The notes under the pieces: generated by a model
What the model saw: only the letters and a program-made list of their open reading frames with translations
What the model was told of the DNA's origin: nothing
Database searches by the model: none
Part shown: positions 12,326 to 23,584 of the stretch, in pieces
How the letters are laid out: each line of letters opens with the position of its first letter
Numbering within the stretch: the first letter of the stretch is position 1
Assembly: GCA_004022145.1 (NCBI GenBank)
Contig: RCNU01000011.1
Source: Paecilomyces variotii
Taxonomy: Eukaryota
DNA length: 64,000 nucleotides
Reading direction: 5' to 3' (one strand)
Translations under genes and position numbers: made by a program

Positions 12326-13306
12326 ACTGGTTCAGAATAGACCGTATCATGCATACGCTTTTTGGAAGAAGCGCTCACCGTACGTGAGATCAGTCGCATC
12401 AGCGGCTTGTCAAGATCTAATTAAAGGCACCCGATCACATTCCCGCCGGCATATGGGAACAATCAACATAAGTATGGGGCAAAAACAAGTTGAATAGACA
12501 TGCGACATGTGAAATACCGACCGAAGATCTATAGAGCTGATATATACTATCTAATATCATATAGTTCAAGCTAACCTAGTTGGCATAAGTCCCTATGGTT
12601 CACTTTTCTAAGTTCCAGGTTACACTTGAGTAGACCGATGGTGTGTGATAGTAGCATACTTAGGTGTATTGTAAAATACCAGCTTTATCCAGCTAGCTTT
12701 ATGGAGTATTGCTCTGAGTATGCCTAGGTAGTATATCATGCACAGTATATGTAAGGTCGACATGTGCAAGATCAATAAAGCCTATTCCATTGTTACCACA
12801 TAGTAAAAGGTATCACTGTTCCAGTAGGGATAGTGAGGTCAAGTAGTTGACCATCACTGGAAGCCGCCGAAGATGATCAGGTGGAATTCATATCGTCAGC
12901 CGATGGTGAAGAATCTCTGGAGTCCGAGCCTAGAGACTCTGAAGATGATAGCGTTTATATAACTATCTCCTGCAGAATATCTTCCTGAAAGAGTGTGCAC
13001 GTTCGATGGTCCAGCTGCTTCCTTCGCAAATTCGACCGCTTTAATTCGACATTCCTCTTGAAAATTGACATGCACTCTCTTACCGCATCTCTATCTCAGT
13101 TCAGGATATATTTCACGAATTGAAATGGTACCACGCACACAAGTTCCAGAAAATCGCACATAATCATGAGGGATCTCTGGCCGCAACAGACCATCAACGA
13201 GTTCAAATGAACGATTAATTCATTGTGATTGATAAATATGAACTCCCTGCTTCCTATCCTATTTTCCTTAGCTCACTATAATGTATATCACTCTAGGCAC
13301 CTAGAT

Positions 13307-14436
13307 ATGGAGAGGCGCAGCAGCTGCCGAACCGAACTTTTTTTTTGTCGAAGAGCGGAAAATCGGCAATCCATAATCTATCCACACGTGGTCATTGAGC
13401 AACTATTTCATCATGATAGAGGAGAATCCGTATATCGCTGGAAAGCTGCTGATCTTCGGACACAGTCTGCTTTAACTTGTAAGAATCTTTTAGATATTCT
13501 TGCAATCATCCAATACCGATATTGGCTCGGCGTCCACACACGAACATATGGAAACCTTAGGTTTTCTTGGAACTTTGCCTGGTTGGAGATATTCACCTTG
13601 GATCCATACATGGTGAATTAATCAGATTATAGTACCAATGAAAGTGGCGTTGTGAAGATTTCCAGTTCACCTTAGAGAATTCCACCTTAGCAAGTAAATA
13701 TACAGGCTGAGAGGAGGGGGAGAGTGCACCTTCACTTGCAAGTACATCAGTTATATATGCGATGCTTCCCAGTATTCCTCCAAGACTTCTTCCTATCTCT
13801 CTATCTCTCCGTCGTCCAGATCCCTCTCTAAATCTGTCGAATCCTTCAGCACGGAAGCAGGATCTGAATTGCTTGCTTGACTCTAGGTCTAGGGGGGGAT
13901 TTGACCCCATATTTATCTCTAGCATACAAAGAATCTAGATCCTAGTAATCTAGTAGGTTCGATCCAATTCCATGCGGGAACTTCGTGTAACAGATGAATG
14001 CAGACCACCTGGCGTTTGCTTTGTACGCCGACAAAATCCATATCAAATATGGCGACCACCTAGTATAGAACGGATGAAGGCATGGAGGAAACGAAGGGAC
14101 GAGGCTATCCAGAAAGCAAACATCTTACTTCCAAAACCTAGCACACCAGCCCACCGCAAGGTGGGCAGCGACGTATTCCTGCGGGTCACAAAGGGTGCAC
14201 CAAAGCTATATACCCACCAATTTATTGATAGACAAGGACAAATCGTTCCTCCAGCGAACGTGGCTGAAGAAACGGACGTAACGGACATTATGGTCGAATT
14301 AGCGTTGGCAAATGACGACATGGAACTCCGCAGAGTATCAGCACATAATCTGGAACTCTGGGTTTATGCGGTTAGAAGCGGATTATTCGACGCTGTCTTT
14401 GGCGTTAGCCACTCCAACTGGCCGAAATGTTACTGA
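13307..14436 (+). pseudogene. Disrupted hypothetical gene (two open segments separated by TAG/TAA-rich, frameshifted sequence)
   Basis: Protein-like ORFs at 13307-13621 and 13972-14436. The frame leading into the second is broken by clustered TAG stops (ATC TAG TAG GTT). Confidence 0.45.
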
Positions 14437-14511
14437 TGGGTTACCTGATGGGTGCTATTGCTGGCCTCGTTGGTGTTGAGGAAACCTTCGATTATATCGT
14501 CTAGGTCCGCT

Positions 14512-15440
14512 ATGGCATATACATCACCATCACGAGTTACATCTTACAATCCACTCCCAGGCCTTCCGGCCAATCATGCAACCATACAATTCTCAACTTT
14601 TAAGCGTGTCAAGGATGCGCTTGAATCCATTCACAAAAGCCTTCAAGACAATGATCTAGAGGGCAACCAATATCTCGTCGTTCTTGGCCTTTCGGATCAT
14701 GCTTTGAATAAGCTTAAACATGAGGATCATCCTCTTGGCATGAAAAATTGCCGTCTGGAATTAGATGCTAATATGGCTATTATCAAAGTTAAACCTGGAT
14801 ATAGCCATGAGGTACCTCTTGGAGTCTTCACTAGACTCACAGACAATAAACTTGTATTGATGGGCTTTCCACTCCTGAGTGATAGTTATCTCTGGGGCCG
14901 AGCAACTACACACGAACCAACTGCCTCAATGAAAGCAAAAGAGGCGGATGAGTCCTTTCATCCAGGATCTAGATTCGGAAATGGGAACGCAGCGTTTCCG
15001 TGGCCAACCCTTGTTATTGAGATTGGGAACGCCCAGTCCCTAGCGAAACTGCGTGAAGATGTGCGGTGGTGGTTTGAGAACTCGGAAGGTGATGTGCGGA
15101 TTGTTCTTTTGATGATAGTTCATCAGAGATCAAGAACTATCACCTTGGAAAAATGGCAACTTGCACCACCCAACACACCTCCTCTAACTCGGGCATCTAT
15201 CAATGCATTCCGACAGGCAGTTCCTCCAACTATGCCACCCTTGGTAAGGCAAATCGCTGTGAGTCAGCAGCCATATTGTATTTAAGAGACTACAATTACG
15301 CGAACTGCTGCCACTGCGCAGCTTATGCTGCCCTTTCACGCCTTGCTCGACAGCGCTCCCGTGCCGCCTCAGTCCGATTTAGTCTTTACACAAGCAGAGC
15401 TTGTTCTTATGGCGCAGCGTACCTGGCGATATTTCCTCTC
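14512..15440 (+). pseudogene. Fungal PD-(D/E)xK / Uma2-like REase-fold protein with in-frame TAA at 15283-15285
   Basis: KEADESFHP...WPTLVIEIGNAQSLAKLREDVRWWFENSEGDVRIVLL. After the TAA the same frame continues ETTITR...LPFHALLD...DLVFTQAEL. The 3' end is approximate. Confidence 0.65.
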
Positions 15441-15623
15441 TACTCTTTCTATTTCTTCCTTTATTTATATCTGTGGTTCTTCTCGGTTTGTGGTGTTGAT
15501 TGGGAGTGGATCGGGGAACAGGGTTTGGGTATCTTGCCTCGGATCCTACTCTTTACCCATTACATTGTTTGGCTTACTTCTTACTAACGCACCAGAATTC
15601 GCAAAACTACTACTACAACCACC

Positions 15624-15869
15624 ATGGCTATAGCTACTACTGCCTTTTTCAACTCACGAGACCTCTTACTCCAGCCCCTCCCCGATCTCAACACTAGCTT
15701 CCGCCGTACCACGAGTCACGCGTTGCACCCCGTTCATTTCGTTGGAGTCCTACAACCATGGGCAAACTTCAAGTCGGATATTATGAATACGGTCAAATTG
15801 TCAAATTTGTATTTCTCGAGGTACCTAGCTAGTGGAAGAAGTGGTAGTAATGAAGGGACTAGAGTCTAA
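15624..15869 (+). pseudogene. Truncated 5' fragment of a fungal hypothetical protein
   Basis: Good ATG context (accATGG) and a protein-like start LLQPLPDL...LQPWANF that degenerates into TAG-rich sequence. Confidence 0.4.
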
Positions 15870-16650
15870 TGACCATAATAATTGCCAGATTATAATCTAA
15901 GGAGCTTTGGATGTATCTCTATTGCCCCATAGAATGGATGTGAAGCTTATAATATCGCCTCCCATATACCGCATTTTTTTTTCGCCCCTACAATTTTCAC
16001 CCTATTGCAGTAAAGGTAGCTTCAAAGTGATCAATTCAGCCTCATGGTCTCCAAGGCCATCTGCTCCAAAGAGCGAAGACCTTCAGCGAACATATCGAGC
16101 TCCTCTCTCAACTCTCGAAAAAGTCCTTCTATATGCTCTCAAAGCACCTAACAGCTTCAGTGAGCGATCTACTGCTCTGAAGGGCAAAACCAATAGGTAC
16201 TACCGAACTGGAAGCAACAGAATGTGGATCTGCCATGGAAAATAGGCGTTGAAGTGAAAAAGGATAGAAATACTTCCTGTGGTCCCGATCCATCTATATT
16301 AAGGACAAGAGGCCCGTTACAAGATATAAAGTGGCAACACTTGTAGTAGAGTAGAATATGTGGGTGAAATGGCATGGGGACTAAGTAGAGTTAATAAGTC
16401 ACCTATCAGCAGAGCTAAATGCACAAATTAGGCTGAACGTAAGGTATAAAGTGCTTGAACAAGGAATTTTTACACACGGAAAAAGGTTCTAACAAGACCA
16501 TGATATGCAAAAGTTTTGCACAAGGGGCCCGTCTGTTGCGTTGTATACTTGGAGGTACATATATCCAAGACGCCTAACTAGTAAATCCCATGATGATCAC
16601 ACTTTCAAACGCCTCTCATGAATTTCCGATGTCACTTCGAGTCGAGTTCG

Positions 16651-17286
16651 TCATGCTGCTGATCTAGTTCTTTTTCGACCAGGTCCTCGTTTGGGCGAGT
16701 TATGCTTGATTCTTTCGTGTTTACGCAGTCCTTGAGATTGGGCGTAGACGTATTCATGGTTACATCTCGGATGGTGACATTTGAGCTTTGAGGACGATTC
16801 GCTCAGCGGCGTAGCTGGTCTTTCAATAGGTACGGGCCGCGATTCTCGGACTCTCCGAATCAGGACGTTATCTTGCTGCAACTGAGTTCCTGGCTGCTCA
16901 GACATGCCCGCTAAAGCCCTGTGTTTGTAGAGGTGTTAGCACGATACCAGTTGCAGTGGCTGGTTGATTACTGACCGGCTATAGTCTTCATAAATGGCAG
17001 GGCTGTGCTGGTTGGTCTCTCTATCGGTAGACTGGTTAGAGAGACCCAATCCGACTGAATTTGACGATTCGTTAGGGCCGCCGAGTTGATTGAAATCAGA
17101 CTGAGTGCCACTCTGCCCAGTGAGAGAGACAAGAAGCTGCTCATCATAAAAACCGTTCACTCCTTGGGGAAAAGGAGCGTTAATAGAACCCGTGCTGTAA
17201 TCGTGCTGATTTCCATCCGTCAAAACGACACCGCCACTACTCACAACCAACATTAGTCCTCCACAATCCTCCTCTAATATTTTCAT
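16651..17286 (-). CDS. Small protein with one C-terminal C2H2 zinc finger and a basic tail, 2 exons
   Basis: Intron 16919-16975 (GTCAGT..GCTAAC..CAG) joins the two track ORFs in frame (DYSR-ALAGMSEQ). Finger CHHPRC..HERIKH is followed by KRGPGRKR. Confidence 0.6.
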
Positions 17287-19205
17287 GTGTACCGAACGTC
17301 GTCAGGAGTGTCGAGATTAAACTCCTGGCGGGGAGAAGCATATATATAGCTGAACATTACGGATCATAATGCAGCGGACAGGTGGGGATTATGCAATCGT
17401 ATTTGCAAGGCTATTCTGCGCGTGATATAATGACATGTACCCGGAAAGGCGATTTTCTCTGTCCCATTGATCTTGATCTTGGATTCCCTCTAGCTGTCTC
17501 CCCGTCTATTGCGCAAGCCTAATTGTCCTTTGGCGACGATGCTCATTTACCTTGAACGCCTTTCCGAGCAGGACATTCACAGTGGATAGCTCAGCTCATC
17601 TCAACTGCCCCCTTCACACATTTCTATCGCGGCCAGTGGGAAGTTCTCTTTCATGTCGCCTGTTCTCTGGTGGAATCGAGCCGCCGACGTTTCGAGGTAC
17701 CTAGTGCATCTCTATTAGGGATCACTCACAGATACGGCTGCATATCGGTTGCCGAAGGATAGAGGCTGGGATCCAAGAGTTGATAATGAGGTTCATTTTC
17801 ATTTTGGAACGACAACTCGTCGAAAAGCTCATCGTTGGTGGCAGATGGTCCACTGGTTGAGAATTGAGGATAATACATCTCGAAAGGTTGGTCAGCTAGG
17901 GAAACTCGAAGAGTGGTGGAGTAAGATCTAAAGCAAAAGAAAAATAGGCAAGGAATATGTAGAAAAAGCAAAGGATAATGAAGAAAATAGACAATACAAG
18001 GGAAACTCACGGGTATTTATGTCTTGGGAAGGCATCGTTTTCGGGAGGGTGTCAGGTGTTGAAAAAAAGCATATTCGCCTTGAGCGAAGTATTGGCAGCG
18101 CGTGTGCCGCGAATATTCTCAAATAGATCGAGTCTTCTCTATGGGTGGTGTTGCAATGGCGCAAGTTCGCCAATAGGATAGCAGAGAAACGAGCCTTTCC
18201 TGAGTGTTGCGTTGTTTATAACGGCTGAAATATAAGCAAGTTCACCAATCTCACATAAAAGAAAAGAATCGAGCCACGGTCGAAGATCGTCTCACTGCTC
18301 TTGGCAAGCGACAAAAGCGGACCAATAACACAGACAGAAATCGAGCATTCTTTTATTTTTTTGCGACCTGGAGCGCAGCCTTCATAAGTTGTGGAGGGTT
18401 GCTGTTTGATCAATCCACGTTCTTTCACTGCCCAGCTGCTTAGGCACAGATAGCGCATCGCGAGCGCTGGACTCCCGACAAACATGCATCTCTATTCGTC
18501 TGTCCTTTGCCCAATCCTTCGCAAGCATCATCTACCGCTTCATTATCCTGGCACTAATGCTACAATATTCAGTATATTCATGCATCAATCTACACCTATT
18601 GTAATTTCGCAGATCGAGCATGACGTAGAGGTACTTGAACATCAGAGTGTGCCAACAGTCTCAGTCCAATCAAAGTATGCAGTATAAGGACTAGCATTGG
18701 GAAGTTGGGTGGTTGTCATCCAGTGGAAACCGAGCCGCCTTTTTTCAGATTCTGTACCTCATTATAGAGATGCGTCGATGCTCCTTTTCTCCTGATCCGA
18801 TACGCCCAGCACGAGTCTCACATATGACTCAATCGAAGCGAAATGCCCAATTCTTGATCAGGCGTATATCACATGGACTTGAGAGGACACACTTTATGGA
18901 ACTGGTAAGGTGGAAAATCGAGCCTTGCCAGCTCCACCAGGTATACTCCTTACCAAAAGATGGAGAAGACGGGCAGATCTCGCATTATAAATACCAGGTC
19001 CATGTCCTCTCTCTATCCCAGCTGTTCAGTCATTCTAGTTGTCATCTAACTGCCAACCAAATTCCTGCATCTGCGTTATCTCTTCGATAGCCAATATACG
19101 ACCGTTTATATATGCTGTAAGTCCTCTTCATACAATCCAGTCCGAGTCAAGCTAACTTGCCAAAGGCTTTGCCTCTCTCCGTTTCGCAAAAGCAACCCCC
19201 CAATA

Positions 19206-19490
19206 ATGGCACAAGAAATCCCTCAGCTGTTCCCACACGCACCACGGTGCTGTGAGCTTAGAATGACTCGCCGCAAGACCCAGGGTAACAACAACGGTAA
19301 TATCAACAGACCGTTCTATTCTTGCGAAAAATGCAACCGCATGGTGTTTGATGATCTGGAGGGCATCAGAGATGGGAACCCTTTGTGTGAATGTGGGAAG
19401 ACTTCACGTGGGCAGATAGAACGTGGCTGTGCTTATGTTTTCCGCTGCGCGAGGCAGCAGTGTCTGTATCGGGAGGAGCTGGAGCTTTGA
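19206..19490 (+). CDS. Small tandem GRF-type zinc-finger protein (94 aa)
   Basis: CC..NGNINRPFYSCEKC and CECG..FRCARQQC. TATAAATA near 18987 and a probable 5'UTR intron starting GTAAGT near 19117. Confidence 0.7.
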   Translation: MAQEIPQLFPHAPRCCELRMTRRKTQGNNNGNINRPFYSCEKCNRMVFDDLEGIRDGNPLCECGKTSRGQIERGCAYVFRCARQQCLYREELEL

Positions 19491-19917
19491 GGAGATCGAG
19501 TAGAACTACGCTTATTCTTGGCGGGGAATGGACTATCGGCTTGAGGTAGAGGGAATGAATTCCAACCCTTTTCTTTTGGCTTACTTGTTCTACTGTAATA
19601 ATTCCGAATTAAAATATCTGGAGACTGATTGGCTTCGACTGTTGAAAGGGAGAGACGTTAAAATCTAATCCCAAACTGGAAATTAATTAAAACAACTAAG
19701 CATATAGAAGGACCCGTATCTAATCACTTTCTACTGCACTGGAGATACTACCGTGGAGGAGGATTCATCACGATCAATGATCAGGGCTAGCTAAAGCATG
19801 TATGTACATATGGGAACTTTCATCTGAAGAAAATGCTCGACAAAAAGCACTTTTACACAATCTCTTTCAATATTTTCATCTCATTCATTTCGTCCCAAAT
19901 CATAGCATTAATTCTAT

Positions 19918-20859
19918 CTACCTGGCTTCCCCGAGGTGCTTCTTAAGGAAAGGAAGGACCTGATCGAGAGCAGGCTTGACCGCCTCAGGCTTGTCGTACA
20001 ACATATAGTGTGAAACCCCAGGTAGAACGACGACATGCTTCTCCTTGGAGCCTGCCCGGCCATGAATCTCCAGGGCATCGCGGTAGGCGCCAAAGCCCCC
20101 GGGCCTGTCACCAACGACGACCATGAGGGGCCTTGTCATGAGGACCTCTGCGTGGTTGAAGGCATCCCACGAGAGGGCGGCGCTGTTGAACGATAAGAGA
20201 CCGCTGGTGCACCCGTTGGGCGCCTGGCCACGGCTGGTCTTATAGTACTCGGTTGCCTCAAGAACGTCGATGTCCGTAGTCGATTTCTTCGCCTCTTCGA
20301 CAGAGGGTGGGAGAAGATTAATGACGAGGCGGTCACCACCTTGGGCCTCGACAGTACGCTGCTTAGCTATGTTCTCAAGAGTGGCGACAGGGTCGAAATT
20401 GCCAAAGGCTTCGCGGGAGAGCCGACCAAAGTTGACCGGTGTGATACCGACACAGCACTTGAAGCGGTAATCAGTCATGGCTGCGTTGACCGCGTAGCCA
20501 CCTCCGCCGCAGATTCCAAGCACGCCAATACGCTCTGCATCGACGTATGGCAGTTTCTGGATGTAGTCGACGACAAAGCGAAAGTCGGAAACGCGGAATT
20601 CAGGGTCCTCGATAAACCGTGGCTCACCACCTGAGGCGCCCTGGAAAGAAGCGTCAAAGGTGACAACCACAAAACCGGCCTCTGCCATTGCTTTTCCATA
20701 GACATTTCCTGCGGTCTGTTCCTTGCAGGATCCGATGGGGTGAGCAGACACCACAGCGGGATAGTTCTTGTTCTTGTCGAAGTTCGGCGGGAGAAGTATA
20801 TTGGCGGCAGTCTCCCAAGCAATGTTGGGGATGCTGACGGGCTTAATTGTCTCCGACAT
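19918..20859 (-). CDS. Alpha/beta hydrolase with Cys nucleophile (YcjY-like), intronless
   Basis: HPIGSCKEQTAG, FDASFQGASGGEPR, nucleophile elbow GICGGGGY, and catalytic His region SHYMLYD. Confidence 0.9.
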   Translation of the reverse strand: MSETIKPVSIPNIAWETAANILLPPNFDKNKNYPAVVSAHPIGSCKEQTAGNVYGKAMAEAGFVVVTFDASFQGASGGEPRFIEDPEFRVSDFRFVVDYIQKLPYVDAERIGVLGICGGGGYAVNAAMTDYRFKCCVGITPVNFGRLSREAFGNFDPVATLENIAKQRTVEAQGGDRLVINLLPPSVEEAKKSTTDIDVLEATEYYKTSRGQAPNGCTSGLLSFNSAALSWDAFNHAEVLMTRPLMVVVGDRPGGFGAYRDALEIHGRAGSKEKHVVVLPGVSHYMLYDKPEAVKPALDQVLPFLKKHLGEAR

Positions 20860-21676
20860 TATGATAGCTGATATAAAATGACTTGATATTCAAAATAAGA
20901 CTTCTGTGAGTGTTTTGAAGATGAGCATACGTGAATCTTTTTATATCTTGTTGCGGGGGGCCAAGTGTATATGTCAATTACGTTGTCGGGTGCGAAGGTT
21001 ATCGGGAAGCCCGAATCCTTTCGGGGTGCGAAAAGGAATGCTCGGAACAACGCTCCTGTATGTACAGGAGTTAATAGATAGCAAGTGGGTTATGCGTTAG
21101 TAAACCTAACGGGGCCCATATAACGGAAGCAGAAGATGAAGTTCGTAGTTGAACTTACTGCAAGGCAAGGTGGTCGAGATCACACTAAGGCTTGATTCTA
21201 AATACAATGCCCGAAATTCGTAAGATTCGCCGATACGGTTCGGAATAGTATAGACATACAGCTTGGATATCAATATGACCGTCTTTGTGATCCGACTAAC
21301 GGTGAACGATAAAAACTGATGTGACGACTGTAGAATCTAGAAACCAGGAACAACACAACACCATGCAATTGCAATCCTTAATTGCAGGGATTTCCTACTA
21401 GAGAGTTCCTGGCAGAATTCTCCGACTTCTTCTTCTCAGCAAATTCCACCCATGGGAAGGTCTTCAACAGAAAAGCACTGCATCTGAATATATCTTCCTG
21501 TGCTGCTGTTGAGATTTTCAGTCCAGATGATCAAATAATTCCAAAGAAAGACGACACAGTCTAACTCTAAGTGCAACACGAATCAGAGCCACTACAAGCC
21601 AGAAGGACACTCACTGGCCTCGAATCAAGATATTAGACATTTCCATTCCGACAACAGCGATCCCGTCTCTTTATAT

Positions 21677-22930
21677 TCAACTTTCCTGATTTTTCCTAAC
21701 CTTTTTTACATCGACCCACAGCCCGTGTTTCAATCTGAAAGCCAGACCGAATACCAAAGCCATCATATGCATCCAGAAAATAGCCTTCCAAGACTCCCAA
21801 GAGTGGCGTAGCTTCTCCAGCTTATCATAGCTTTTGCATACCTCGAGATATTTCTTGGGATCATCAGTAATTACGCCATCGACTTCTTGCCTGATACTCC
21901 ATTTCATCCACGATTCTTCATTCACTGTCCAGAGAAGTATTGAGCGATCCGGCTTCTGCTTCTTCACCTCCTGAAGCAAGGCATTTCCACGTGGTCCTAT
22001 TATTAGCGTTTGAAACATGTTGATGTTGACGCTAGGAATTTGGAGGAATTGACGTGCGTAATCTACGTTGAATCCAATGTGGATTATTGGATATTCAGGT
22101 AGATATTTTGTGCAGAGGGGGAGGTATTTTGCCTATATATAGAAAGATATATTAGCATTTCGAAGAAAACATGGGTAGAGCATGGTATGAAAATTAAACT
22201 TACCGCCCAACATCCCACCAACACACGTTGATTCCACGGGCGCGACGATGATGGCTTAACATCTGCTAATGTAGCTGCAATCGACCTGAAAAGATCATCG
22301 GCGTAATTGTCAAGCTTTGCTTGAACGGTTTTGTTTCCCATCAGGACTTCCGTCAGACTCGGCAAGATTAGCTTGACATCAAGCAATACCCAAATATCTT
22401 CAAGACCCGGAGTTGCCAAATATTCCAAAAGATCTTTCAATCTAGGCATTTGTTCGTGCGGTTCTTTCAATGTGCGCAACGTCTTGACATAGTCCCAATT
22501 GCAGTCTGCGAGCTGTTCATCTTTTCCAAAACAGCGTTTGAGAGTAACATCCTATACATAGTTTGAAAATAAGCTTTGCCCAGCCTGGTTGGCGACCATT
22601 TCTGTGCCAGAAGCTTATAAAAGAAATCTTAATCTTACGTGTGAAAGAACCACCACGCCGTCCTTGGTCAAACGTAGATCCGTCTCAATAGCATGTGCGC
22701 CTACATCTACTGCTCCTTTGAATGCGCTCATTGTGTTTTCCGGGTATGTGGCTTTATATCCTCGATGAGCGATGGCCTGGGGACGTGTCCCGTGCGGAGT
22801 ATCCTTTGCAAATGTAAAAGTGGCTTGGAAATCTGTCAGCTAGGCTTGAACGGAGAAATCGGTAACATTTGGGAGACATACACCTTGGAGTCACCATCTT
22901 CGTCTCCAACAAGGGTGCAGATTCAGCCAT
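21677..22930 (-). CDS. Glycerophosphodiester phosphodiesterase (Pgc1-like) with C-terminal membrane anchor
   Basis: [45 protein letters not shown] and DGVITDDP, with a hydrophobic C-terminal segment. Canonical introns plus one intron-like 57-nt segment that lacks GT (see findings). Confidence 0.88.
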
Positions 22931-23584
22931 TTTGGGGTATCGTATTTGAAATTATCGCAATTGACTCAACTTGAGTTGGGCGCACGTCAGAATATAAGCT
23001 TAGAAGGGTGCGTTACAATCAGATGTATATGTAGAATAGTTTGAGGATGAATATGGGGGTTTGAAGAATGGCTACCAGCAACCGACTAGAGATAATAGAG
23101 GATAAAGATTTTAGAGAAGGAATCTCTATAATAAAGGCCGTTTGCTTAATTCATGATTGGGAACTGCATGAGGCAATGGATGCTCTACACCCAAGGGTAG
23201 AAACTAGAAAGCTCAGATCCGAGGATGACCGGGGGAATCGGTGGTTATTATTCTTATGGGCATCTCTTTAACTACCATAATTAGTTCAGCTGACGCCCCA
23301 CATAATACTACTTGCAGGTCTAGGTACGCCACCAAAAGCTACAATTTGTTTTAGTAGTGTTAGTATTGAAATCACCCTGCGTGTTAATAATAATATCAAA
23401 ACATACCGTATAATAATGCTTCCAAGTATTCCCGTCCATCTCGCTCAACTCTTGCTTCCTAGTCGTGAGGACTTGCTACGAGCATCCTATGCGCAACATC
23501 CCCCGACTGTTCTTCTTATCAAGCCCACGGTCGCGTACCCCTCTTCAACACTTTAGTAATGCCAAGATAGTAAGATATACAAAC

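Noticed and set aside
17726..17878. Small minus-strand exon MYYPQFSTSG...QPY followed by GTGAGT
   Set aside because: It looks like a first exon, but I could not build a convincing downstream exon or assign a family.
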